DNA of 49,994 nt, taken from positions 1-49,994 of the forward strand of contig JACKFR010000002.1 in the NCBI GenBank assembly GCA_020632375.1, written 5' to 3'. This document shows positions 38,354 through 48,866 of the stretch, in pieces. Source of the stretch: Candidatus Nomurabacteria bacterium (GTDB taxonomy: Bacteria > Patescibacteriota > Dojkabacteria > SC72 > JAHDCA01). Numbering within the stretch: position 1 is the first letter of the stretch; the number at the start of each line of letters is the position of its first letter. Under the pieces are notes generated by a model, which did no database searches, was not told the DNA's origin, and saw only the letters and a program-made list of their open reading frames with translations. The translations under genes were made by a program, and so were the position numbers.

Positions 38354-39697
38354 ATGATAATGTTTCCCAAGCTTCCTGATCAAGATGACTACCTTTTAGA
38401 CCTTCAAAATAACAACTATTCAATGAAAACTGTTTATAACTATGCAAGAGATTTGTGTATTTTTGCTTCTTTCCTCAGCTCGCATAAAGTTTCTTTTGAG
38501 AATCTCGATAAAAAAACAGTTACAATTTATAAAGGCTATCTGAAAAACGGAGATCATCTCATTGATTTGAATGATTTTAGAGAAAATATTGCTAAAAACG
38601 CTGGACTGTTAGGGAAATCAGTTGCGAGGCTCTCTAAGGGGTCTAAAACGAACGAAATATATCCAAGTACTGGTTCTATACCTGTTGAAGAGCCTCAAAA
38701 TTCGGATTTATCAGGAAATTACTTAGATGACGTTTACAAAAAAGTCTACGGGAGTCTTGGACTTATACAAACTCGTGTGCAGAAGCCTAAGTCAACAAAT
38801 GGTCTTGATGCACGGAGCATTAATCGGATGCTTTCTGCTTTGAGATCGTATTTGAAATACCGCATTGACTTTGAACTTGAAGTCCCGATTCCGCCAGATG
38901 CGATCAAATTAATAAAGACGATCAAGAAGAAATCTCAAGTAGCAGAGTTTGAAGAGCTGGTGAAACTCATTGAATGTCCGACCGAGTTTGAAAAAGATTT
39001 TAAGATTGGATTGAGGAATCGGACTATGCTGGAAATACTTTTTTCAACTGGAATGCGAATTTCTGAACTAATTGGTTTAGACCTAGAACAGATAAATTCT
39101 GAAGGAAAACTGTTTATTCTTGGCAAAGGTAAGAAACAACGGTTTGTTTATCTGACTGATAGAGCCCTTGGCTGGCTTGATAAATATCTTACAGTAAGAC
39201 TTCGTTATGCAAATGCTTCAGGTAATCATGGCAAAGAGCTTATTGATCGTGAAACGCATATGGACAAAAGTGTTTCACAGGATCTTGTCCAAAGCAGCTC
39301 AAACAGCCTTCCTGAAGTTCAAGATGCTTCCGGTGGCAATAAAAATATTGTTCTAGTAGAGAATTATCGCTCGAGTGGGTTCCTGAGTAAATTCGACTCC
39401 CCTGCCCTCTTTATTCCTTTTGGCGGTAGGAGATCTGGTAAACGGGATGCAAGAATATCTACTAATTATTTCCAAGAGAAGATCGCTGATTATAGACGTA
39501 GATTGGGGATTCAGGTTCCGACTTCGGCGCATAGTTTGAGGCATGGTTTCGCAACTTATCTTGCAGAGAATGGCGCAAGCCCTGCCGCAATACAGGTTTT
39601 GCTCGGGCATGAAAGCCTAAATACGACTACAAGGTATGTGCATGCCAGTGATAAGTTTGCGGAGGAACAGCATCGGAAAAAGCATCCGTTGGGGTAG
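38354..39697 (+). CDS. XerC/XerD-family tyrosine recombinase with two large insertions
   Basis: YSMKTVYNYARDL SAM-like N-domain, then the catalytic R (GMRISEL), K (GKGKKQR), HxxR (HSLRH), H (LLGH) and Y (TTRYVH). Confidence 0.93.
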   Translation: MIMFPKLPDQDDYLLDLQNNNYSMKTVYNYARDLCIFASFLSSHKVSFENLDKKTVTIYKGYLKNGDHLIDLNDFRENIAKNAGLLGKSVARLSKGSKTNEIYPSTGSIPVEEPQNSDLSGNYLDDVYKKVYGSLGLIQTRVQKPKSTNGLDARSINRMLSALRSYLKYRIDFELEVPIPPDAIKLIKTIKKKSQVAEFEELVKLIECPTEFEKDFKIGLRNRTMLEILFSTGMRISELIGLDLEQINSEGKLFILGKGKKQRFVYLTDRALGWLDKYLTVRLRYANASGNHGKELIDRETHMDKSVSQDLVQSSSNSLPEVQDASGGNKNIVLVENYRSSGFLSKFDSPALFIPFGGRRSGKRDARISTNYFQEKIADYRRRLGIQVPTSAHSLRHGFATYLAENGASPAAIQVLLGHESLNTTTRYVHASDKFAEEQHRKKHPLG

Positions 39698-39826
39698 TAT
39701 TTATTACTTTTCAAGAGTTGAGTAAATATACCCATCGAAATCTGTTGACTGGAGTATCCATCCCGAAACTTTGACAGATTCCTCTTTTTATAGGCTCTCT
39801 TTAAGATTCCATTGAGTATCCTGTTA

Positions 39827-40035
39827 TACCCTTCATTGAATCATATTTGGGTAGGGATTCAAACATCACCTATGAATACCGTCTAGACAATATATCAGAG
39901 ATCATTCCCCTCTTTGCTTTCAGTAGAATTCTCTTTATCGTTTATCTCCAAGCTTTTACTTATCGCCCGCTTTTGAGGATTTTTCTCCAACATCAGTATG
40001 CAATATCCATCCGATTAACTCCTCAATGAAGGGTA
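39827..40035. repeat. 13-bp perfect inverted repeat pair
   Basis: TACCCTTCATTGA (39827-39839) and TCAATGAAGGGTA (40023-40035). Confidence 0.85.
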
Positions 40036-41371
40036 CTGAAGCATGTGCATCAGTGTCTTGATCAGTGTAATAATTATCTCTTTGATAAAGGTGGTTGCGA
40101 CTTATCTCTTTTGCAGAGAACAAGAGGGAGAGAGCATGTTTATACTCCTTCTGACTGGATAAGTACCTGGCATAAAGCACGTATGAAGGGATGAAGAAAT
40201 GGTCGTGTCTAATTGACTTCTCTAAATACTTTTTTTGTGTTGAGAACTTCTCCTTTTTCATCTCGCCATTAACGAATGCCAACCGAAAGTAGATGTAAGG
40301 TAGGTACTTCTTGTTTTCGTTTGGATTTGATAACACTGGATGTGACAATATCTCCGAAAGAACAGACAATGCCTTGTCAGGATCTTCTTTAGCGTGTTTG
40401 AAGCTTAAAGCTAGTCCCTCATCGACTAAGTAAGGAAGGTACTCCGAAAATTCGCTTTCGAATTGTGTAACTGTTCTGGTGCTGTGTGAATTAACAAAGC
40501 TTTTATACTTGTTAAGTGTACTCTTCTTTTGGACAAACTTTTTGTAGTAAGGGCTTGAATAAAGGCTTGGAAATCCTTTTATCATTTGGTTTAATGCTAG
40601 ATCAAAATGGTGTCGGTCGTAGAGACAGTAACACGCTGATATAATGTTAAAATAGATATCATTTTTCTTCTCTTTCACTTCATTGCTTAACTCCTCGTTT
40701 TTCTTGTATCGATGCCATATCCAGATGTTGGGATCAAAATAACAGTCAAACCCGAAAAGGTATGCTGTTAAAGAAAATGTACGATCTTCTGGCCCCCATT
40801 TCTCAATATAATCTCCAAAGCCGTGAACCTTTTCAAACACTTCTCTTCTAACGATAAGGCTTGCAGCAATTACAAATGGAACTCGAAAGATCCTGCGTGT
40901 CGTTTTCTTGGGTATTATCCATCTTGGAGAGAAAAAAGTTCTGTCAGAATTTGTATAAATATTAATAGTAGATAAATCCGGTGAATCTGAGTAAAGACTT
41001 TCATCTAGACAGTGAATTCCTAGAATAGCTATTTTAGGCGAATTCTTTAAACGACTTTCAACCTTACTTAGAAGGTTTTCCGGAAATATCATGTGAGCAT
41101 CAACAAACATAAAGACCTCGCCTTTAGCTGATTTCGCCCCTAGGTTTCTCGCTTTTGCCACACCAAGGCCTACTTCATTTCGTAATAACTTTACCTTTGA
41201 GTACTCTTTATTTTGGTTAGTAATGAATTTTGTGGATCCATCTGTAGATCCGTCGTCAACTATAATAATCTCATAATTTACTTTTCTCCCTTTACAGGAA
41301 CTTATTAAGGAATCAACAGTCTTTTTTAGCCAGAAACCCTCATTAAAAGTCACAATTATAACTGATATCAA
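39956..41371 (-). CDS. GT2 glycosyltransferase (ppGalNAc-T-like motifs) with C-terminal TPR-like region
   Basis: IIIVDDGSTDGS, ARNLG, FVDAH (DxH), WGPED and WH. The helical tail YLEKSIRHDHFFIPSYVLYARYL is TPR-like. TTG start. Confidence 0.88.
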   Translation of the reverse strand: MISVIIVTFNEGFWLKKTVDSLISSCKGRKVNYEIIIVDDGSTDGSTKFITNQNKEYSKVKLLRNEVGLGVAKARNLGAKSAKGEVFMFVDAHMIFPENLLSKVESRLKNSPKIAILGIHCLDESLYSDSPDLSTINIYTNSDRTFFSPRWIIPKKTTRRIFRVPFVIAASLIVRREVFEKVHGFGDYIEKWGPEDRTFSLTAYLFGFDCYFDPNIWIWHRYKKNEELSNEVKEKKNDIYFNIISACYCLYDRHHFDLALNQMIKGFPSLYSSPYYKKFVQKKSTLNKYKSFVNSHSTRTVTQFESEFSEYLPYLVDEGLALSFKHAKEDPDKALSVLSEILSHPVLSNPNENKKYLPYIYFRLAFVNGEMKKEKFSTQKKYLEKSIRHDHFFIPSYVLYARYLSSQKEYKHALSLLFSAKEISRNHLYQRDNYYTDQDTDAHASVPFIEELIGWILHTDVGEKSSKAGDK

Positions 41372-41504
41372 GGCAATAGGTATAAGAAGTAAACTTGTGG
41401 GTAAAATTGAAAGTAAGACAAAGAACCTTAATCTAAAATGACGTATGTAATATTCTCTCTTATCTTTATTCTTAACTGTATATTCCTAGTAGTTGTTGAT
41501 CTCT

Positions 41505-44500
41505 TTAGCCCTGTATCGTTGGGAGAGGAATGTCATCATCTCGATCTAGCGGTTCTAAAGGTGAACTAACAATAACTGGAGCTTTGATTGTTTCATCGTC
41601 TGTTGTTCCAACGGCTGATTCATCGGTTGTTGGTACTTCGGGTGATGGTTCATCGGGTGGTCTTACTTCAGTTGTTGGCATCTGAAATGAAATTCTTTCT
41701 TCAGGCATGCCTCCTTCTATAAGTAGCGATTTAATTAACCTTCGTGCTTTCTTAGGTAAACCTCCTCCTTGGATTACAATGCTTCCTCTATCGAGTTTGT
41801 ATCTAGCTTTGTAAGACTCTTCACCTCTCCTTACTAATATCCTTGAGTCATCTGCGCTGATTCCGGCTTCTCCTCTTAGTTGTCCTCCTCTAGATGTCCC
41901 TTTAGGATAATAAAAATTGTCTTCTCCTAGGGCTCTTCCTTGTCCTTTTAACAAGTTTGTTCTTAGAAGTGAGGGAAGAGAATATATGGGGGGGAATTTC
42001 CCAGTTATTGGTACATCGGCTGTTGTTCCAACGGCTGTTGTTTCATCGGTTAGTGGTACTTCGGCTTGTGGTTCAACGGCTGGTGGTTCCTCGGTTGATC
42101 CATCGGCTAGTGGTTCATCGGCTAGTGGTTCATCGGCTGGTGATTTACCGGTTGGTGGTACATCGGCTGGTACCTCGGCTGGTGGTACCTCGGCTGGTAC
42201 CTCGGCTGGTGATTCCTCGGCTGGTACCTCGGCTGGTGATTCCTCGGCTGGTGATTCCTCGGCTGGTGATTCTGATACCTCTCGGCTGGTGATTCCTCGG
42301 CTGGTGGTGATTTACCGGTTGGTGGTACCTCGGCTGGTGGTACCTCGGCGGCGGCTGGTGGTACCTCGGCTGGTGGTACCTCGGCTGGTGGTACCTCGGC
42401 TGGTGGTACCTCGGCTGGTGGTACCTCGGCTGGTGGTACCTCGGCTGGTGATTCCTCGGCTGGTGATTCCTCGGCTGGTGATTCCTCGGCTGGTGATTCC
42501 TCGGCTGGTGATTCCTCGGCTGGTGATTCCTCGGCTGGTGATTCCTCGGCTGGTGATTTACCGGCTGGTGGTTCATCGGCTGGTACCTCGGCTGGTGGTA
42601 CCTCGGCTGGTGGTACCTCGGCTGGTGGTGGTACCTCGGCTGGGGTACAACGGCTGGTTGATCCATCGGCTGGTGATTTACCGGTTGGTGGTACCTCTGG
42701 CTGGCTGGTACCTCGGCTGGTACCTCGGCTGGTGGTACCTCGGCTGGTGGTGGTACCTCGGCTGGTGGTACCTCGGCTGGTGATTCCTCGGCTGGTGATT
42801 TACCGGTTGGTGGTACATCGGCTGGTACCTCGGCTGGTGGTACCTCGGCTGGTGGTTCCTCGGCTGGTGATTTACCGGTTGGTGGTACATCGGCTGGTAC
42901 CTCGGCTGGTGGTACTCGGCTGGTGGTACCTCGGCTGGTGGTTCCTCGGCTGGTGATTCCTCGGTGGTGATTACCTCGGCTGGTGGTCCTCCTCGGCTCG
43001 GCTGGTGATTCCTCGGCTGGTGATTCCTCGGCTGGTGGATTCCTCGGCTGGTGATTCCTCGGCTGGTGGTACCTCGGCTGGTGATTGGTACTCGGCTGGT
43101 GGTACATCGGCTGGTACCTCGTACCTCGGCTGGTACCTCGGGTGGTGGTTCCTCGGTACCTGGTACCTCGGCTGGTGGTACCTCGGCTGGTGGTTCAACG
43201 GCTGCTGGTGATCGGCTGGTGGTACTCGGTGGTGGTACTTCGGCTGATGGTACCTCGGTGATGGGCTTGGTGATGGACAACGGTGATGGGCTCGGTTGGT
43301 GGTACTTGGTGATGGGCTCGGTGATGATTTCGGTTGAGGTGGGTGGATGGGCTCGGTGATACCTCGGATGGGCTCAGTGGATCGGCTGGGCTCGGTGATG
43401 GGCTCGGTGATGGGCTCGGTGATGGGCTCGGTGATGGAGCTCGGTGATGGCTCTCGGTGATGGTGATGGTGCTCGGTGATGGGCTCGGTGATGGGCCTGG
43501 TGATGGGCTGGTGATGGGCTCGGTGACGGGCTCGGTGATGGGCTCGGTGATGGGCTCGGTGATGGGCTCGGTGATGGGCTCGGTGATGGGCTCGGTGATG
43601 GGCTCGGTGATGGGCTCGGTGATGGGCTCGGTGATGGGCTCGGTGATGGGCTCGGTGCTGATGGGCTCAGTGATGATGGGCTCGGTGATGGGCTCAGTGG
43701 TGATGGGCTCGGTGACGGGCTCGGTGATGGGCTTGGTGATGGGCTCGGTGATGGGCTCGGTGATGGGCTCAGTGATGGGGCTCGGTGATGGGCCTGGTGA
43801 TGGGCTCGGTGATGGGCTCGGTGATGGGCTCGGTGAGCTCGGTGATGGGCTCGGTGATGGGGGTGATGGCGGCTCGGTGATGGGCTCGGTGATGGGCTGA
43901 TGGGTGATGGGTGTGATGGGCTCGGTGATGGGCTCGGTGATGGGCTCGGTGATGGGCTCGGTGATGGGCTCGGTGATGTCGGTGGTGTCGGTGGTGTCGG
44001 TGGTGTCGGTGGTGTCGGTGGTGTCGGTGGTGTCGGTGGTGTCGGTGGTGTCGGTGGTGTCGGTGGTGTCGGTGGTGTCGGTGGTGTCGGTGGTGTCGGT
44101 GGTGTCGGTGGTGTCGGTGGTGTCGGTGGTGTCGGTGGTGTCGGTGGTGTCGGCGCTGCTGGCGGATTACCTCCTCCTACAGTTCCCATCCCGCCCGGGA
44201 CTGCATTCTGACTAATATCATTTGCAACCAAAGCGCCCATTAATAAGCCTCCAGCCGCTGGACCAACAAGTGCTCCTGCAGTACTTAGGATGTTGTCAGA
44301 AGCGGGGTTCCCAATGTCTGAAGGCCCCGGTAAGCCCCATGCTGAAGCTGCACCGCCAATTACTTGGTTCCCTAGATCGCCTAGATTGATCATAGGGATC
44401 TCATGAGTGTCATATGTGCCCATCTGATGTGCAAGGTCAAACTGCCCACCAGCAGTTCCGGAGGTTCCGTTTACAACTGCTCCCCATTTAGCAAGTGAGT

Positions 44501-47500
44501 TCGGAGCGAGCACGTTTAAGTTAATTTCCTCTCCAATATGTACTGTGTGATAATTATCTGGGCGAGGTGCGTTTTGTTGCATTTCTGCCCAAGCTTCATT
44601 TGCGAATCTTCCCGAGTCTCCATCTGATAATCCAGATTCACGTCCTATTCTTGCAAGATTTCCCCAAATAGTACTATTTTCTGCAACGCCTTCTTCGGCC
44701 ATATCTGCACTCCAGTCCTGGGTTATTTTGAAGACACCCGGCAGAGAACCTCCACCGCCAACTGAAGCTCCTGAATTTAGTAGAGTTTGACCAGTTGTAA
44801 GATCTTGAACCAGAACATTATGACCGTTCTGGCCGAAACTATTTATTACATGATACTGTCCATCAGGCTGGCGTTCGATTCTTATTGCTTCAGTAAAGCT
44901 TGACTGGACTCCTTGTGGTACTGCTCCTCCGCCTGCTGCTGCTACATGTATTGCGGTTGCTTGATCTAAATCTTGTATTGTTCCGACATGCACATGTCCA
45001 GATGTATCTACTTCATAGAACATATGGATATCTTTTCCGTCTACTGCACTTCCTGCTTGTAGATTTTGAGCCGCAGCGTGATTTATTATTGCTCCTGTCA
45101 GATGTAATCCATTAGCTCCTGGAGTTCCAAGCTGTACTACATCGATATCTGAAACATGTTTTCCGAGTTCAAATGCAGCTACTGTATGCATTACTTCGGG
45201 GTTGGCTCCTGCTCCTTGAGCGAGAACAATATGACCGGTGTCGACATGTAAGTACTGATCTACATCAAAACCAGGAGGTGTTGTGTGCGAAGAAAGAGCC
45301 TGAAGTGCGTGCTGGTCTACTGGAACCCATACGTCTGTTTGTCCATCGTGCATGCCTGCTGCATGTGGTCCGCTTAGGTCTAAGCCAACTGCGTAACCAG
45401 CGTGACTATTTCCTGCTGCATCAGTATATGAGTACTCCCTTACGTCAGTAACATCTGCATCTACACCATGTTCAGCTTTCCATTCGGCGTCAACCTTTTT
45501 GTTCATTTCTTCAAGGCTGGCTTTGCTTCGATACTTTTCTATCGCATGGACGTTTTTCCCTGCTTCTGTATAAGCTGCTAGAGCTCTCAATGCAGCAGTC
45601 CCAACCGTAGCGGTTATAATTTTCCCTGCATTGTATGCCGCATGAGCACCGGTTGCAGTGAGAGCTGCGTCTCCCTTTATAACTTTTGCTTCAAGAAGGC
45701 CTCTTTGGAGTTCAAATTTTTCTTCTTTGAGCTGTGCTTTTACGATTTCTCCAAATTGATTAAGGAGGACTCTGTTTCCTCTGTTTCTAGCTGCTTCTCG
45801 TGCTGCAAGGACCTGAGAAACTCTTTGATCTCTTGTCGCTCCTACAGGAACAGTAATTGAAAATAGGCTCTCTATTCGTGCAAGGTCAGCATCAGGAATT
45901 TTTGTTGTGTCTTTAAGTAGCGTTTCAACTTTCCCATCGTAGGCTACGACCTTATCTTTGAGGAGTTTGTATGCATCTAGGTCACCTTCGTATTCGATTT
46001 TTGCCTTTACCATTTCTAACACAACATCTCCGGCTATTCTAAGTCCCCAACTTACACCTGGTAGTGGAACCGCCATTGAAATACCAGATAATGCGCCACC
46101 GAAGATTGCAGCACCCCAAGAGTACTTGTTAAATTTAGATAAGCTCGCATTACTACCTAAAGCAGCTTTAGCTTTTCTTACTCCTTGTACAGCTTTTACA
46201 GCACCATATATACTCATTAGGCCTCCCGCTGCTAACAATAAAGGTGCTCCTCCGACTGCACTAATACCGGCCGCTCCTGCAGTGTAAAGCAAACTGACTC
46301 CAAGTTGTTTTAGATACTTTGACTTGTTCTTCCAGATCTTCTTTAAGGCTCCTTTAAGCCAGCCTTTTTCAGTCGGATCTTCCAGTGCTTCAACTGTTGC
46401 AGCGATTTCTTCTGAACTTTGTATCCCTGGGATCTCACCTGCTGGAACCATTTCCCCTGGGTTGGCGGGGTTTGGTACCTCGACTCTTTCTACTGCATCG
46501 AGGAAGTCTGCGACAGTAGTAGATAGTGCCTCTTTTCTTGTCTCTTCAGGAGATTTTCCAGACCTGACATATTCAAGCAGATATTTGAGGTTTGTCGCAT
46601 ACGGTGTTGAAAGAGCTTCCAAATCACCGTTGATCCGGCCATCGCTTAGGCCTTTGATTGTTTTACCTGCGACTAGATTGGGGTTTGCAACTGTGCCGGC
46701 GGCTTCTTTTAGTCTTTGTTCAAGCTGTGCCTTATCTGCTGGAGTTAAGGTTGTTAGATCATAACCAAGCTTCTGAAGAACAGGGTCAAAGTTTGCTCCT
46801 GTTTTAGCTCGATTAAGAATATCTGCAGCCATTTTGAAGTGGGCGACTGTACGCAGCCCGCTCCACATGCGATTAAGGGCTTCATTTTCTTTACTGCCGT
46901 ATGCTTTAACTTTGAGTTCGCCTGTTGGAATTGTTTCGCCTGCTGCCTGGTCTGCGAGTCGAAGATCATTAAGCATCGATCCTGCAGCGTTTGGTACTGT
47001 GAGTGTAAGGCTTGAAGGGTCTTTATCAAAGAAGAGATCCATAAGGCTCTCAGCAAGGGCTTCAGGTCTGGCTGCTCCACCAGTTGCGATCGGCTCCATG
47101 ATAAAGTGTGAAAAGAGCCCATACATTGTTTGCTTATCTATATCTTTACCTCTTGGTGCTTTCTCTTTCGCAATATCTTTTATCCCTTTTGCCAATATTG
47201 CCGTCTGGACAAGAGTTGCGACTTTGTCAGCAAGGGCTTTGTCTACAGCTGCTACTGAGAGTAGCCTGTCATATACAACTGGGTTCTGAGAGTCACTTTC
47301 TACCAGTGCTCTGAGTGCAGTTATATCTAAGGCTGCAAGCTCCGGATCTGGAGGAGGACCGGCTTTTTTCGCTTCAATTTCGGTCACTGCTTTTTCAAGG
47401 GCTATTTTTTGTATAGTCTCAACAGCGTATTCAGGGTTTGCCGTGTTGTCGAATTCTTGGGCAAGCTTCTTGACTTCAGTATCTGAAGTCGGAAGCTCTT

Positions 47501-48866
47501 TAATTGCTCGACTTGCCTTTAGGCCTGCCATAGTTCTTTCCCGGTGACTTTTAGTACTGTCACCCATGCCACGAGCTCCTTTAAGCCCAATTGCAATTAT
47601 TTTTCGACCATTCTTACCATTATTTGCTCGAATCGCTTTATCCATTTGTTCGAGGAGTTTTTTGGCTTCTGCTCCGGTTGCTCCTCCTGGGGCTGCTGTT
47701 ATGCCTTTGTAGAGGACTTCACCAGAATTGATCCAGTCGTTAATCTGACCAACGCCGTTGTTATCGGTTACATTGAGGCTATAGCCACCTGCGGGGTTTG
47801 TGATCGGCTGGGTTGATGCTGCTTTCGTGTTAATTGTTGTCGGCGTCGGTACTGATGTATCTGTATGATTGAGTGTAAGCGTCGTTACTTTGCCATTCAT
47901 TCTATTAACAAGTACCTTTCGATTAGCCTTTACATTTGCTCTGCTGTTTGCTGAGTATGCCCCTACAACGGTGTCTCTCAAATATGGTGCAAGTGCTGGA
48001 TCGGCAGCTGCCAAGTCAATGGCTTTTTTCTGAATAAGAAGCTGAACGGTTTTCTTAAATGAGTCGTCTCTAAAAAAATCTTTAGGGTTCGCAGAATTGA
48101 GAAGCCCTAGAAACTGTTCTACTGCATGAGGGTCAGTAAGTCTTATAAAGATTGCTGCTGCAATTATTTCTTGGGCATGAGTATCGTTTACTGTCGGCGG
48201 TGTGCCAGTAGACTCAGGAGATAATCCAGCAACTGCTGCTTTAATATCATTAAATACAGCTGCATTTCTTAATGCGACTAGTGTACTAGGATCTACTCCA
48301 AACTTACTTTGGATAAGCTCTTCTATTTTTGAAGAAAAGTTGTTTCCCGCTGAATCTTTGCCATAAATCCCATCGACCACCTCTTTAGCAGTGAATTCGA
48401 TTGCTCCCATTGATCTGAGATCTTCAGCAGGATCAATCTCTAGAAGCGGATCAGGGTTTTCCATAATTTTCTCGATCTCCATATCTGCTGCGGGATGGTT
48501 GGAATCCTTGTCATACAGCTGTCCTTGACGAGCCTTCTTCTCACCTGTATTCTCCCACTTTACCGCTTCCATCATATCTGTAGAAGCAATCTTTAGAGCT
48601 TCTTGTACCGCTCCTGCTAGTTCAGCTTTCTTAGTTTTACCCTTTTCATAAACTAAAGCTGGATCAGTGACTTGAGGCCTCTGAGCTTCTGGGACGTCTT
48701 TAAGATGGCTCGGAACACCAGTATCAGCAAGATAGTGTGGGACAATTGCTGCCGCCTGTAAAAGGTCTGCTGCTTCATGGCTTTTTGCTTGTGCTTCGTT
48801 GGGAAGTTTTTTGGTGTCTATAGTTGCAGGACCGCTAGCTCTGCGAAATGGATTGGGCATTGGCAT
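41505..48866 (-). CDS. Giant (~2,450 aa) repeat-rich surface-type protein, reading frame interrupted by indels within its repeats
   Basis: The ORF track gives 43374-48866 (1830 aa). The frame of the 41505-41954 ORF stays open upstream to 42311 and reads AEESPA/AEVPPA repeats. The intervening ORFs flip between frames of the same repeat units, and there is no intergenic gap. Confidence 0.75.
42078..43256 (-). repeat. Degenerate 15-bp coding repeats (EVPPA/EESPA) with a 72-bp higher-order unit
   Basis: Units GGCTGGTGGTACCTC and GGCTGGTGATTCCTC on the + strand. The GGTGATTTACCGGTTGGTGGTACATCGGC block recurs near 42139, 42794 and 42866. Boundaries are approximate. Confidence 0.92.
43257..43980 (-). 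repeat. 12-bp coding tandem repeat (SPSP)
   Basis: (GGTGATGGGCTC)n on the + strand. On the - strand it reads SPSP, EPIT or AHHR depending on frame. Boundaries are approximate. Confidence 0.93.
43981..44151 (-). repeat. Perfect 9-bp tandem repeat x19 encoding (PTP)n
   Basis: (GGTGGTGTC)19 = 171 bp with no variant copies. Confidence 0.97.

Noticed and set aside
26746-39697. Integrated element or prophage using tRNA-Leu with the tyrosine recombinase as integrase
   Set aside because: The intervening genes are housekeeping, no duplicated tRNA 3' end was seen, and there are no phage or plasmid genes.
39739-39790. Intrinsic terminator after the Xer gene
   Set aside because: A 7-bp AT-rich stem with a 28-nt loop and an interrupted T tract is too weak to call.
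43374-43900. His-rich AHHR tail as a genuine histidine-rich protein
   Set aside because: AHHR is just an alternative frame of the 12-bp SPSP unit and appears only between frame flips. The SP frame joins both flanks more naturally (PSPEVP also occurs in the intact C-terminus).
42078-44151. CRISPR array
   Set aside because: Contiguous in-frame coding repeats with no unique spacers and no cas genes.
41917-44215. Plus-strand ORFs over the repeats (RLVVP, WWYLG, MGSV, GGV, SVV repeats)
   Set aside because: Antisense shadows of stop-free tandem repeats. The coding strand is minus, continuous with the 1830-aa ORF.
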